From a virus, in the UHGV virus genome UHGV-0356621: 43,895 bases of DNA; one strand, given 5' to 3'. Made by a program: the position numbers and the translations under genes. The notes beneath the pieces were generated by a model. That model was not told the DNA's origin, ran no database searches, and worked only from the letters and a program-made list of their open reading frames with translations. Below, in pieces: positions 26,870 through 35,162 of this stretch. Every line of letters begins with the position of its first letter. Position 1 is the stretch's first letter.

Positions 26870-26985
26870 TATGCGGCTTCCTTCTGTGGCTGGTTGGTTT
26901 TGGTCTGGCTGTGCTTTGCTACTGGCGGCATGCTGGCGCGCTTAACGCTTTCTGCCTGGTACTGGAGGAGGTCGGCGTGGTTCAT
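26869..26985 (-). CDS. 38-aa ORF bridging HNH stop and Q start (not in the ORF track)
   Basis: MNHADLLQYQAESVKRASMPPVAKHSQTKTNQPQKEAA. Its ATG overlaps the HNH stop (ATGA) and its TAA overlaps the Q ATG (TAATG). The only support is this exact coupling. Confidence 0.3.
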   Translation of the reverse strand: MNHADLLQYQAESVKRASMPPVAKHSQTKTNQPQKEAA

Positions 26986-27623
26986 GCGGACTCCTTCTGC
27001 TTTGGTCCGCGATATTCACCATACAGAGGTGCTCTTCCTCTTGGCCTGGTATGCCTGTGGGTTACTTTGGGAGAAAAAAGCGCATCCTCTACATTCATTC
27101 CATTTTTTAGTCGACGCTTGATGGATGTTTCTGATACTGAAACGCGAGGATCCCTTGACCATTCTGTGGCGGTTTTCGTTTCGCCATTAAAAGTTATGGC
27201 TGTGCGTCCTTTTTTTGTGTGCTCAGGGATATGCACTCGAGATCGCATGACATTACACGCCCTGCACAGCACCCTAAGATTTGAGTCCGCATTGTTATCA
27301 ACAACCTCATCAATGTGATCAATATGCGCGGTTTTCCATGTGACCTCCTTGCCGCATTTTTCGCATGGTGGAAGTGTTTCTCCATAACGGTCGTAAACAA
27401 CTTTTCGGTGCTCATATACGCAACCATTCGCCATTGATAGTGGGTGATCAGGAATTTTGAGCATTTGATATCCTTTCGCATTTTTATGCCTGAATTTCCC
27501 TTTACCGTTTTTTGTGAGTTCGTAGGTCCCGTAGCGCATCATTCGGAAGTAGTGCATTTGACAGATACCCTTCCCTGGGTAGTGTTTGCATTCACGATCA
27601 CAACCTTCAACTTTGCATTTCAT
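26982..27623 (-). CDS. Free-standing HNH (homing-type) endonuclease
   Basis: An N-terminal zinc-ribbon-like CxxC...C...H, the HNH core VYEHRKVV...CEKCGKEV...AHIDHIDEVVDNNADSNLRVLCRACN, and a C-terminal helix-turn-helix tail (TATEWSRDPRVSVSETSIKRRLKNGMNVEDAL). Confidence 0.8.
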   Translation of the reverse strand: MKCKVEGCDRECKHYPGKGICQMHYFRMMRYGTYELTKNGKGKFRHKNAKGYQMLKIPDHPLSMANGCVYEHRKVVYDRYGETLPPCEKCGKEVTWKTAHIDHIDEVVDNNADSNLRVLCRACNVMRSRVHIPEHTKKGRTAITFNGETKTATEWSRDPRVSVSETSIKRRLKNGMNVEDALFSPKVTHRHTRPRGRAPLYGEYRGPKQKESA

Positions 27624-28267
27624 GCTGCACTCTCCTGTAATTTTTGACGGCGCTTCATCAGTGCACTGGCCCTGCGGGAAAAAATTGCTTTCACCCGCTT
27701 CAGGTAGGTAACGTCAAACCGGCGTGGGGCATTGTCAGCTTCGAGCCGCTCTACGCGCTCAAGGCCAATGCGATTAACCAGGCGGATCCGGTACTCGACA
27801 GCATTACCGCTCAACTGTCGGTTACAGCGGGTGCAAGCGGAGTGGACGTTAAACACGTTGAATTTGAGGTGTGAGGCAGCGCCGCGTGAACGGTAATGGC
27901 TGGCGTCAATGGCGCTGCCAGTCAGGTAATTGCTTTTTCCCATAAGTGGATTGCCGCAACTGACACATGGCTTACCTTCATCGCGGATCCGGATGTAGCG
28001 ATTGAAAGCTGATTGAGCCTCTTTATCCCACTGAGATTTAGACTTGAGTGACTCACGCTTGGCCTTACGGCGTTTGCGCCCGGCCTTCTCTGCCTCCTTC
28101 TGCTCTTTGATGCGCTTCGCCGCGGCCTTAACCTTCTCCTTTTCGCGCTCTTCCATCGCGAGGATTGCGCCGTGCTCCGGGCTGCACCAGCGGATCCGGA
28201 TATCGTGGAATTTCGGCACGAAGTATTCCCCGCATACTTTGCACTTACGGCGGGATGGTTTACGCAT
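27620..28267 (-). CDS. ninG: NinG/Rap recombination endonuclease
   Basis: [16 protein letters not shown]...WCSPEHG...CVSCG...[35 protein letters not shown] aligns with lambda NinG as I recall it. Confidence 0.85.
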   Translation of the reverse strand: MRKPSRRKCKVCGEYFVPKFHDIRIRWCSPEHGAILAMEEREKEKVKAAAKRIKEQKEAEKAGRKRRKAKRESLKSKSQWDKEAQSAFNRYIRIRDEGKPCVSCGNPLMGKSNYLTGSAIDASHYRSRGAASHLKFNVFNVHSACTRCNRQLSGNAVEYRIRLVNRIGLERVERLEADNAPRRFDVTYLKRVKAIFSRRASALMKRRQKLQESAA

Positions 28268-28928
28268 GTTCACCGCCTTGCACCTTTACCAGCGTGAGGT
28301 TTCCGCAGAACACGGCGCCGGTGTCGATGTACATCTGGTTGGCATACTTCAGGGGCTGGCGCGCTGGGGTGTGGCCGAAGATAAACAGATCAGCACCGGC
28401 TATCGTCGATACAATGCCGTCCTGTGCGTCGCTAACCCTCTCACGATTCCAGATGACCATATCTTTCGGGATGGGCTTATCGAACGCATATTCGTTATGC
28501 GGGTAGTCAGCGTGGCAGATAACGATTTTACGCTCAGCGGTAACCAGCTCGATGACGAGTGGCAGCTCAGCTGCTTTGTGAACCAGAGCCTTAGCCAGCA
28601 CTTCTTTGTCATAGTCGAGATTGAAGAACCAGCCGCCACCATTTGCCAACCAGTGATTGACGTTTCCATACTCCGATAGCCCATCAATCATCATCTGCTC
28701 ATGGTTGCCACGAACAGCACGGAACCACGGCATAGTAATCAGATCCAGGCATTCGACGTTTTCCGCGCCGCGGTCAACAAGGTCTCCAACCGAAATCAGC
28801 AAATCGCACGCAGGGTCGAACGAAACTTTTTCGAGCTCATTCATCAGCAGGGTGTAGCACCCATGCAGATCGCCGACAACGAAGATATTGCGCCAGTCAG
28901 CGCCATTAATGCGTTGATACATGCTCAT
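28260..28928 (-). CDS. Ser/Thr protein phosphatase (lambda PPase / NinI-like)
   Basis: Metallophosphatase motifs are present: [19 protein letters not shown], and the downstream GHTP. Confidence 0.9.
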   Translation of the reverse strand: MSMYQRINGADWRNIFVVGDLHGCYTLLMNELEKVSFDPACDLLISVGDLVDRGAENVECLDLITMPWFRAVRGNHEQMMIDGLSEYGNVNHWLANGGGWFFNLDYDKEVLAKALVHKAAELPLVIELVTAERKIVICHADYPHNEYAFDKPIPKDMVIWNRERVSDAQDGIVSTIAGADLFIFGHTPARQPLKYANQMYIDTGAVFCGNLTLVKVQGGEHA

Positions 28929-29095
28929 GCGGATTTTCTCCTCGCCGCGAGACGCAGCCATTTCTGATCCACCAGGCGGGCGGTGTAGCCCTTCAGTGTC
29001 GGGATGTCGGACGGCTTAACCGCGGGCTTGCGCTGGCGGCGCGCCGGAACGCGGAAGATTTCGTTTGTGATGACGCGTGCGAGAGGGTTATTCAT
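28925..29095 (-). CDS. ninE: NinE-like small protein (not in the ORF track)
   Basis: 56 aa: [56 protein letters not shown]. The C-terminal ...YTA.L.D..WLR...R resembles lambda NinE. There are ATGA overlaps at both ends (NinB stop, phosphatase start). Confidence 0.5.
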   Translation of the reverse strand: MNNPLARVITNEIFRVPARRQRKPAVKPSDIPTLKGYTARLVDQKWLRLAARRKSA

Positions 29096-29529
29096 GCAAG
29101 CCTCCCAAAGTAATCGCCACGATAACGGACATCGCGAAGTTGGATGTTCTGGCTGACGGCGAAAGCCTGGGTGTACTCAATCAGGCTGTTCATCCTTTTG
29201 ATCCCCATCGATGAGGTGCTTTCGCGAATTGCCACCAATTCTCCCTCAAGTCCGGCAATAACCTTCCCCCGCCCGCCAGTGGCAATGGAGTGACCGGAAA
29301 CCAAAATTGATTTCCACGACGGAAGCGACCACGCAGAGCCAGCCCACTGAATGCGATGCTTTGCCAGATCGCCGCAAAGCGCGTGGAACAGTGAATTCTG
29401 AGGAAGAGTGCGCTTAGGGTCGGCAAAACTCACCACGAGCGGGAAATCTGCGTTTACAGGCTGCTTGTTGATGTAGTCGATGAGGTTGCGGCGAACCTGC
29501 TCATCACGTAGGTAGAATTTGATACTCAT
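29092..29529 (-). CDS. ninB: NinB (Orf-family recombination mediator)
   Basis: MSIKFYLRDEQVRRNLIDYINKQP...PKRTLPQNSLFHALCGDLA is the NinB signature. GGAGG SD precedes the internal ATG. Confidence 0.85.
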   Translation of the reverse strand: MSIKFYLRDEQVRRNLIDYINKQPVNADFPLVVSFADPKRTLPQNSLFHALCGDLAKHRIQWAGSAWSLPSWKSILVSGHSIATGGRGKVIAGLEGELVAIRESTSSMGIKRMNSLIEYTQAFAVSQNIQLRDVRYRGDYFGRLA

Positions 29530-29740
29530 ACGCCACCTCCGAGAGGTAACGCAGAATGCAGAAAATCGCAGGTGCATTTCTGCATCTGTGACAAGGTGAG
29601 GATTTCAGATTGTGGTCGCATTTAAGTCCCCTTAAATGCGAAGAAGTCACCGGAGTTGTTCAGGCTCCGATGACTTAATTATGGATGGATGATTATTGGA
29701 AATCAAACGTTGCTTGACGTTTAGTTATGCGTCGAATGGG

Positions 29741-29995
29741 TTAGGTATTATGTGATACCACTGTTGGCGAACTGAGTGGGTAGGCGACGCCGATAGGGTG
29801 CTTGCCATTGCAGATAAAACACCGCATCTCGCTAAGCACCTGAGGAGAGGTAGTGATCGTCTTCGGATGATCGTCCTCGCTCAATGCATCACGGAACGCT
29901 ACCGCAACAACCTTCCCGCCGAAAGCCTCCATGTGGGCATGCACTGGCGGCTCCTTGCCGTCTTCAAACTCAATGACGAAAGTTAACTTACCCAT
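29741..29995 (-). CDS. Hypothetical protein
   Basis: 84-aa ORF with a TAATG junction to the upstream gene. Confidence 0.4.
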   Translation of the reverse strand: MGKLTFVIEFEDGKEPPVHAHMEAFGGKVVAVAFRDALSEDDHPKTITTSPQVLSEMRCFICNGKHPIGVAYPLSSPTVVSHNT

Positions 29996-30576
29996 TACGC
30001 CTCCTGCTGCGGTGCTGCTGGCAGCGATTTAATCCAAGCGGCTGCCAGAAGACGACTCCACGCATCCTTAGAATCCTCAGCGCCGTAATCAATAATCGAG
30101 TCGAATTCGTCTAGAATGGCTATCGTAGGTTCAACCGGCACCGCAACCCAACCATCCGGAATCACCGGAGAGTTGAGTTGTTCGGAATTACCGAACGACT
30201 GAAGCATGGCGGCGCGGCAGGCGTTCCAGCCGACAGCTTTTCCGTGTTCAAACGCGCTGTCAAAGTCATCATCAATTTCCATCGCAGCGGGCACAGATAC
30301 CGGCGCTGGCGGGGCGGTGTAGAGAGTACGAGTGTCCTCACCGTCGCTGCTAAGGCGAATCATTTCATCCTCGTCTACGTCAGACCAGGTATCATCGCTG
30401 TTGCCGTAGACTTGATGCACAGCCTCCGCTTCGAGCGATGCCAGCGCGATACGCGCATTATTAATCAGGAGGCTATCAGCAGGAGATAAAACAACATGAG
30501 CGTTACCATCCGCATCAATTTCAGAATTCGTAATTTTTCTGAACAGCTTTGCCAGTTCTTTGGTAATATTGCTCAT
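29995..30576 (-). CDS. Hypothetical acidic protein (lambdoid ea/nin-region type)
   Basis: 193 aa, with LYTAPPAP...GWNACRAAMLQ modules that I recall from enterobacterial prophage accessory proteins. GAGGA SD is present. Confidence 0.5.
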   Translation of the reverse strand: MSNITKELAKLFRKITNSEIDADGNAHVVLSPADSLLINNARIALASLEAEAVHQVYGNSDDTWSDVDEDEMIRLSSDGEDTRTLYTAPPAPVSVPAAMEIDDDFDSAFEHGKAVGWNACRAAMLQSFGNSEQLNSPVIPDGWVAVPVEPTIAILDEFDSIIDYGAEDSKDAWSRLLAAAWIKSLPAAPQQEA

Positions 30577-30579
30577 GGG

Positions 30580-31011
30580 TTAGTCCTCACCTTTCTGTTG
30601 CACTACCGGAACCGATAAATCGACGCACCAGGAGATAACGCCGAATTGATCATCGTTCTGCGCTTCACCCCAAACGTAATATTTTGATCCTGGCCGACCC
30701 ATTGCCGGGTCAAATACTTCTATGCCGCGTTCTGCCGTTAACGACATCAGAATCTGATGCAGGCCGCCTTTGATGTTCAGTGACGGAACGGTCAGGAAGT
30801 AAATAAACCCGTAAAGCAATTCGGCCTTGCGCTGGCTTCCGTAAAAATACGGGATTTTGTAATAATCCAGCGCGTCGTCGAGCCAGTCTGTTTTGTCGTG
30901 GAATTTCTGATGCCAGCGTTCCACTACCTCATCGACAGGTTGACCGGCAACCATTGCAACGCAGGTAGCCATGCAGGTGTTAAATGTTGGCTGCATTTGA
31001 TGTTGAAGCAT
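30580..31011 (-). CDS. Putative papain-fold (C39-like) cysteine peptidase
   Basis: QPTFNTCMATCVAMV (Gln ... Cys nucleophile context), then GGLHQILM (His) and EVFDP (Asp), in the order expected for C39-like peptidases. This is motif-level inference only. Confidence 0.45.
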   Translation of the reverse strand: MLQHQMQPTFNTCMATCVAMVAGQPVDEVVERWHQKFHDKTDWLDDALDYYKIPYFYGSQRKAELLYGFIYFLTVPSLNIKGGLHQILMSLTAERGIEVFDPAMGRPGSKYYVWGEAQNDDQFGVISWCVDLSVPVVQQKGED

Positions 31012-31724
31012 CACTCCCCCTTACCGATGCCAGCGGCGCGGTCTATGCGTTCGATTTCAGCCAGAATTAAAGCCCCTGCTTTTACCAGGTTGCGACGGCG
31101 GGCATTTGGCTTCCACCATGAAGCATCCCAAGGCCACCCCCACGGCTTGCCACCATTGCGGTTAACAGTTCCTGTTTCGTTTATGTAACAAACCGCCGCC
31201 ATTGCCAGTTCCCCGTTGCAGTGTTCGTCATCATGCTCAGGCGTCCATCCCTCAACTGATTGATGGCGTTGACGCTCTGCAATTACTGACTGAACGGCAT
31301 TGGATAGCGATTTCACACCCTGCGCACGCACTTCAGCCAGGAAAGCGTCGGTGGCTGGGGTTTTGGCATTCTCCAATAATGCTATTGAATCCTGAGCGTC
31401 ACAAAGACGTAATAGTGCGTCCATTTGCTCGCCATCAGCGTCATAGCTGAATAGACCATGATCATCATGATGTGCTTCCATATTTTCTGAGGCCTGCAGT
31501 ATTCCAGACTTCAGCCCAGCATTCTCCACAGCCAGCGCCGCGCACTTGGCCTCAAGGTTATCAATCGTGATTCCAGCAGAACGACACTCCCGCAACGCCG
31601 TTTCTAGTTTTGATTCAAGTTCACCGAACTTACGGACAAGATATTCAGCGTTTGTTTCGTTAACCTTTAAATCTCGTGGAATGCACTTGCCACGCAGAAA
31701 ACCTTCCATCTCAAATAATTTCAT
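31011..31724 (-). CDS. Ea22-like coiled-coil protein with C-terminal MazG/DUF550-like NTP-pyrophosphohydrolase module
   Basis: Start taken at the internal ATG (ATGA overlap with the upstream stop). The N-terminal coiled coil is followed by EGWTPEHDDEHCNGELAMAAVCYI...WPWDASWWKP...LVKAGALILAEIERIDR, which resembles the DUF550 / all-alpha MazG-like fold (from memory). Confidence 0.5.
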   Translation of the reverse strand: MKLFEMEGFLRGKCIPRDLKVNETNAEYLVRKFGELESKLETALRECRSAGITIDNLEAKCAALAVENAGLKSGILQASENMEAHHDDHGLFSYDADGEQMDALLRLCDAQDSIALLENAKTPATDAFLAEVRAQGVKSLSNAVQSVIAERQRHQSVEGWTPEHDDEHCNGELAMAAVCYINETGTVNRNGGKPWGWPWDASWWKPNARRRNLVKAGALILAEIERIDRAAGIGKGE

Positions 31725-32065
31725 ACCCCTGCCCTCCCCCAAACCATCAATACTCGCTTCATCGCCGCGCTGTTGCGGCACTCCTGGCAGATCACGTTTG
31801 CCTCTGTACGCTGCACCAGCTTCGAATTTCCCTTCGGCATAGCCGGGATTGTTTCTGGTGCGTATTTCATGCCGTAATCGGTCAGCCGATAAAGCCGCTG
31901 TCCGTGCTTGCCTTCGAACTCGATCAAGCCGTCTGCCAGCAGCGTGCTCACCGTTCCGGATATCTTTTTGGTGGTCATGCCGATCATGCTGGCAATACGA
32001 GCACTGTTCAGGCACGGGTTGTTACGCAGGGCTGCCAGCACCTGCTCACGGATTGTTATGTTCAT
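31721..32065 (-). CDS. Winged-helix DNA-binding protein
   Basis: MNITIREQVLAALRNNPCLNSARIASMIGMTTKKISGTVSTLLADGLIEFEG is an HTH/wHTH pattern. The start is taken at the internal ATG, 1 nt after the P stop. Confidence 0.5.
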   Translation of the reverse strand: MNITIREQVLAALRNNPCLNSARIASMIGMTTKKISGTVSTLLADGLIEFEGKHGQRLYRLTDYGMKYAPETIPAMPKGNSKLVQRTEANVICQECRNSAAMKRVLMVWGRAGV

Positions 32066-32066
32066 G

Positions 32067-32756
32067 TCACACCATCCCGTTCGACTTGTTGCGGTTGTAC
32101 TTGGCCAGCAGCAGCTGGATCGGCGTCGGCCCTTGCTCGGCAGCTGGTGCGGCAATAGCCCGGCGTACCGGCGGCACTGGCTTACCCTCGGTGACGCGCC
32201 TTTCCCACATGTCCAGCAGATCGCCTGCCTCGCGTGCCAGTTCACCATGCGTTAACTGGCGCTCGGTGCTGCGGTGGCGCAATTCTACGCAAATGTGGTA
32301 CATGACCGGCTGCGACCATGGAAATTGCTCGCTGGAGATGAATTCGAACGAGCGGTTACGCCAGTCCCAGTATTCGGCGATCACCTGGTCAACGTTGACG
32401 CCCAGCGCGCCGCCGCTCTGCTTGCACCAGGCGACGAACTGGCCCGGCGACGGCAGGAATGGGCGCTCCTGGCGGCGGGCAATGCGCATGCCGGCATCGA
32501 CCTGAGCCATGGTGTGGATCCCGTTCTCCTGAAACGCCAGCAGCCACTGACGGCGGAATTCGTTCAGGTCTTCCTGGGTGCGGAAGTTCGCCATGCTGGC
32601 CGGGAACGCGGCGCGCAGCTCGTTGAACAGCTTGTTGAATACCTGCGCTACCTGCTCGACCGGTGCACGTTCCTGGTACTGCTCTGGCAGGTTATGGGCC
32701 ATGCGGCTCATCTGCTCGCGGTCGTGGTTACGCATCTGCTCTGCAAGAGATTTCAT
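32067..32756 (-). CDS. P: Replication protein P-like (DnaB loader)
   Basis: VFNKLFNELRAAFPASMANFRTQEDLNEFRRQWLLAFQENGI...QVDAGMRIARRQERPFLPSPGQFVAWC matches the lambda P family pattern. ATGA overlap with O. Confidence 0.8.
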   Translation of the reverse strand: MKSLAEQMRNHDREQMSRMAHNLPEQYQERAPVEQVAQVFNKLFNELRAAFPASMANFRTQEDLNEFRRQWLLAFQENGIHTMAQVDAGMRIARRQERPFLPSPGQFVAWCKQSGGALGVNVDQVIAEYWDWRNRSFEFISSEQFPWSQPVMYHICVELRHRSTERQLTHGELAREAGDLLDMWERRVTEGKPVPPVRRAIAAPAAEQGPTPIQLLLAKYNRNKSNGMV

Positions 32757-33742
32757 CGCATCACCTCATAGGCCCAGTCAGTGTTGTTGAAGTCCAGATC
32801 CGGCTTGCCAGATTCTTCGCCTGTCTGCTGCTTGTTGCGTTTGATATCGAGCTGAGTCCACTTGTCGCGCAGCGTTGCCGGACATAGAACATTTCCCTTC
32901 CAGAACTTGTCGTTACAGGCCCATTTGAACAGGGCAGCAATTTCGTAGTGGGTGCGATCGTCACGCTCGCGCATCAGGCGGATGTCGTTAGCCCACGCTG
33001 CATAGTTTGGTTTTTTGGCAGATGGTGAAATGCTTTGCACCATGGTGAACAGCCATTCCGCGCAGCGAAGGTCTTCAGAGTTACCCCACTTTGTGCCGCT
33101 CTGAATTGCCGCTTCAGGTTTCATGACAGGCGGTTTCTTTCCGGGCTTGTCAGAGGATTCGTCAGAATTCTCGGACGTAGAGTTATTTATATTCTTGTTA
33201 TTACCTTCTTGTTCATGATGTGCGGGGAATTGTGCGGCCTTATGTGCGGCATACCCATCTGAACCCGCGCCGTTACTGACTTCATCATGTGCGCCTGTAT
33301 GTGCGGCTTTATGTGCGGGTAAATCGTCCATTTTTTGAGCATATTCGACGTAATTTGTGATGGTGATCACCCTGCCTTTTCGTTTCTCTCCCTCGATGGA
33401 AATCATCCCTTCGCGGACGAAAACTGACAGCATTCTCTCCACAGCGTCGCGGCTTGTCGGGTTGCCCTGACGGTCACACAACTGAAGGCCAAGATCTGCA
33501 GCAGTGACGACCAGTTGACCGGGTTGCAGAGGCCATTGCTTGCCCTTGAAGAATGCCGTGTATGGCTGTCTGGCTGCGTCAATGAGCAGGTTCTCCCACA
33601 GCGCGCGCAGGAACACATCCTTAGCCCAGGACTTCTTCTTGATGCTCCGGTACAACGGGACGTAACCAGACTTCTGGTTCTCCATCCTGTTGCTCCTTGC
33701 GGCTGAGTGCGCCGCGAAATTTGCGTAAGCGACGTTCGACAC
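32753..33742 (-). CDS. O: Replication initiator (O-like)
   Basis: GTG start with AGGAGG 7 nt upstream. An N-terminal winged-helix-like region (GYVPLYRSIKKKSWAKDVFLRALWENLL...) is followed by a low-complexity linker and a C-terminal domain. It lies directly upstream of P. Confidence 0.7.
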   Translation of the reverse strand: MSNVAYANFAAHSAARSNRMENQKSGYVPLYRSIKKKSWAKDVFLRALWENLLIDAARQPYTAFFKGKQWPLQPGQLVVTAADLGLQLCDRQGNPTSRDAVERMLSVFVREGMISIEGEKRKGRVITITNYVEYAQKMDDLPAHKAAHTGAHDEVSNGAGSDGYAAHKAAQFPAHHEQEGNNKNINNSTSENSDESSDKPGKKPPVMKPEAAIQSGTKWGNSEDLRCAEWLFTMVQSISPSAKKPNYAAWANDIRLMRERDDRTHYEIAALFKWACNDKFWKGNVLCPATLRDKWTQLDIKRNKQQTGEESGKPDLDFNNTDWAYEVMR

Positions 33743-33823
33743 AGTTAAACCTCCTGCGCCTGGCGTTTTGGATTAGCGTTTGTCATAATGACCTCGCAAT
33801 TGACTGACGTTTGTTGCACCAGA

Positions 33824-33852
33824 AAGCCGGTTCTGTTCGCGCAGACCGGCTT
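33824..33852 (-). terminator. Hairpin between cII and O (tR1-like candidate; bidirectional shape)
   Basis: AAGCCGGT(T)CTG-ttcgcg-CAGACCGGCTT, a 10-bp stem with one bulge. It is followed by TTTC on the minus strand and by TTTTCCCCTTTC on the plus strand. Confidence 0.5.
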
Positions 33853-33867
33853 TTCCCCTTTCTACGT

Positions 33868-34089
33868 TCATGCTTCAAAATCTCCCTTCTCTCCATCCCT
33901 GTTCGAAATCAGGATGGCAAGCAGCAGCGACATGTTCGGTACCAGGTTTTCCCGCCACCGGCTGACTGTGGATTTGTTGATGCCAGCTACTTCGGCTATC
34001 CGGGCGGTACCCAGATCAGCGATTTGCCGCTGCACCCAGCTCTCAATTCGTCGTGCCTCCGCTTTGTTGCGTGTCGTTAAGGTCTCCAT
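33868..34089 (-). CDS. cII: CII-like transcriptional activator
   Basis: RNKAEARRIESWVQRQIADLGTARIAEVAGINKSTVSRWRENLVPNMSLLLAIL parallels lambda CII (RNEALRIES...LGTEKTAEAVGVDKSQISRW...SMLLAVL). GAGGAA SD is present. Confidence 0.75.
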   Translation of the reverse strand: METLTTRNKAEARRIESWVQRQIADLGTARIAEVAGINKSTVSRWRENLVPNMSLLLAILISNRDGEKGDFEA

Positions 34090-34116
34090 TTGCGATACTT
34101 CCTCTGAATTAATTGG

Positions 34117-34350
34117 TTATGCCGCGGTATTTCGCGGCGAGGCAAAAACCAGGCTCTCTTTGAGCACCGGATCCTGGCGGTGAAATTTTTTTGTGGCATC
34201 TTCGATAGCCGATGCCATTTCTGGTGATGCGCGACGATTTCCGTAAGCGATCTGGTCCAGATAACCTGGCGTTGTGTTTGCCAGTTTTGCGAGCTGCGCC
34301 CATTCGTCTGTAGTGGCGCCCTTACGCCAGCGATGCAGTTCAGTACTCAT
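34117..34350 (-). CDS. cro: Cro-like repressor (YdaS/Cro HTH family)
   Basis: 77 aa and first gene of the leftward operon, divergent from cI. The HTH is WAQLAKLANTTPGYLDQIAYGNRRASPEMASAIEDAT. GGAGA SD is present. Confidence 0.7.
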   Translation of the reverse strand: MSTELHRWRKGATTDEWAQLAKLANTTPGYLDQIAYGNRRASPEMASAIEDATKKFHRQDPVLKESLVFASPRNTAA

Positions 34351-34380
34351 TGGTGTCTCCGGTTGAGTCGTTTGATTTGG

Positions 34381-34409
34381 AGTTTAGCGTTATGCTAAAT
34401 ACTACGCAA
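34381..34409 (-). promoter_or_regulatory. pR candidate: TTGCGT-17 nt-TAAACT
   Basis: On the minus strand, -35 is at 34409-34404 and -10 at 34386-34381. Operator OR1 fills the spacer. It lies about 24 nt upstream of the cro ATG region. Confidence 0.6.
34383..34399. promoter_or_regulatory. Operator OR1: TTTAGCGTTATGCTAAA (perfect TTTAGC-N5-GCTAAA palindrome)
   Basis: Read directly; it overlaps the pR spacer and -10. Confidence 0.7.
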
Positions 34410-34415
34410 GCAACA

Positions 34416-34432
34416 TTTAGCAATTTGCACAT
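34416..34432. promoter_or_regulatory. Operator OR2 candidate: TTTAGCAATTTGCACAT
   Basis: The left half-site is perfect; the right half matches 3/6. Confidence 0.45.
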
Positions 34433-34448
34433 TTATCATTTTGCTAAA
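34432..34448. promoter_or_regulatory. Operator OR3 candidate: TTTATCATTTTGCTAAA
   Basis: Half-sites match 5/6 and 6/6. It lies next to the cI start, and an AACAAT -10-like hexamer (34455-34460) sits 7 nt before the cI ATG, which suggests a leaderless pRM-type transcript. Confidence 0.55.
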
Positions 34449-34466
34449 AGCAGTAACAATGCAGGG

Positions 34467-35144
34467 ATGGAAAATAAAGAAATCAGAAAAGCCAACCTGG
34501 AAGCGCTGTATGAGAAGCGCCAGCACGAGTCTGGAATGACAAAGGCGCAGTTCGCCGAGCTCATCGAGACAAGTCCGGCTGCGCTTAGCCAGCTGCTGGG
34601 ACCAAACCCTCATCGCAATATCGGCGATAAGATGGCTCGCAAAATTGAAAGTGCGCTTGATCTGCCTTTTGGTTGGATGGATGTTTTACACACCAGTGAA
34701 GAACCTTCGAACGTTGCATTTCGAGGACTGAACGAGACAAAAGGAAGTTATCCTGTAATCAGCTGGGTAAGCGCGGGGCAATGGATGGAAGCTGTAGAAC
34801 CTTATCACCGAAGAGCGATAGATCGCTGGTATGACACGACTGTTGACTGCTCAGAAGATTCATTCTGGCTGGACGTTAAAGGGGATTCTATGACCTCCCC
34901 GGCTGGACTGAGCATACCCGAGGGAGCAGCGATACTTGTTGATCCTGAAGTCGAGCCGCGCAACGGAAAGCTGGTTGTCGCGAAGCTAGAAGGCGATAAC
35001 GAAGCGACCTTTAAGAAGCTTGTAATCGATGCCGGCAGACGCTTCCTAAAGCCCCTTAACCCCGCATATCCAATGCTAGAAATTAATGGAAACTGCAAAA
35101 TCATCGGCGTTGTGGTTGATGCCAAAATACTAAACATCCCATAA
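34467..35144 (+). CDS. cI: CI-type repressor (HTH + LexA/S24 autocleavage domain)
   Basis: The N-terminal HTH (MTKAQFAELIETSPAALSQLL) is followed by a C-terminal S24 domain with GDSM (Ser nucleophile) and VVAKLEGDNEATFKKL (Lys), as in lambda CI. The upstream part of the track ORF covers the operators and is rejected. Confidence 0.85.
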   Translation: MENKEIRKANLEALYEKRQHESGMTKAQFAELIETSPAALSQLLGPNPHRNIGDKMARKIESALDLPFGWMDVLHTSEEPSNVAFRGLNETKGSYPVISWVSAGQWMEAVEPYHRRAIDRWYDTTVDCSEDSFWLDVKGDSMTSPAGLSIPEGAAILVDPEVEPRNGKLVVAKLEGDNEATFKKLVIDAGRRFLKPLNPAYPMLEINGNCKIIGVVVDAKILNIP

Positions 35145-35162
35145 CCTCACGCAAAACCCCTC

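Noticed and set aside
33784-33856. oop-like antisense RNA (plus-strand CATAAT at 33784-33789 plus hairpin/T-run ending near 33856)
   Set aside because: There is no acceptable -35, and the putative RNA would stop 12 nt short of cII, so it would not be antisense to it as lambda oop is. Only the bidirectional hairpin is noted.
34061-34080. pRE-type CII site (TTGC-N6-TTGC) in the cII 5' region
   Set aside because: Only TTGC-gtgtcg-TTAA is present (one good tetramer). The location is right but the match is too weak to call.
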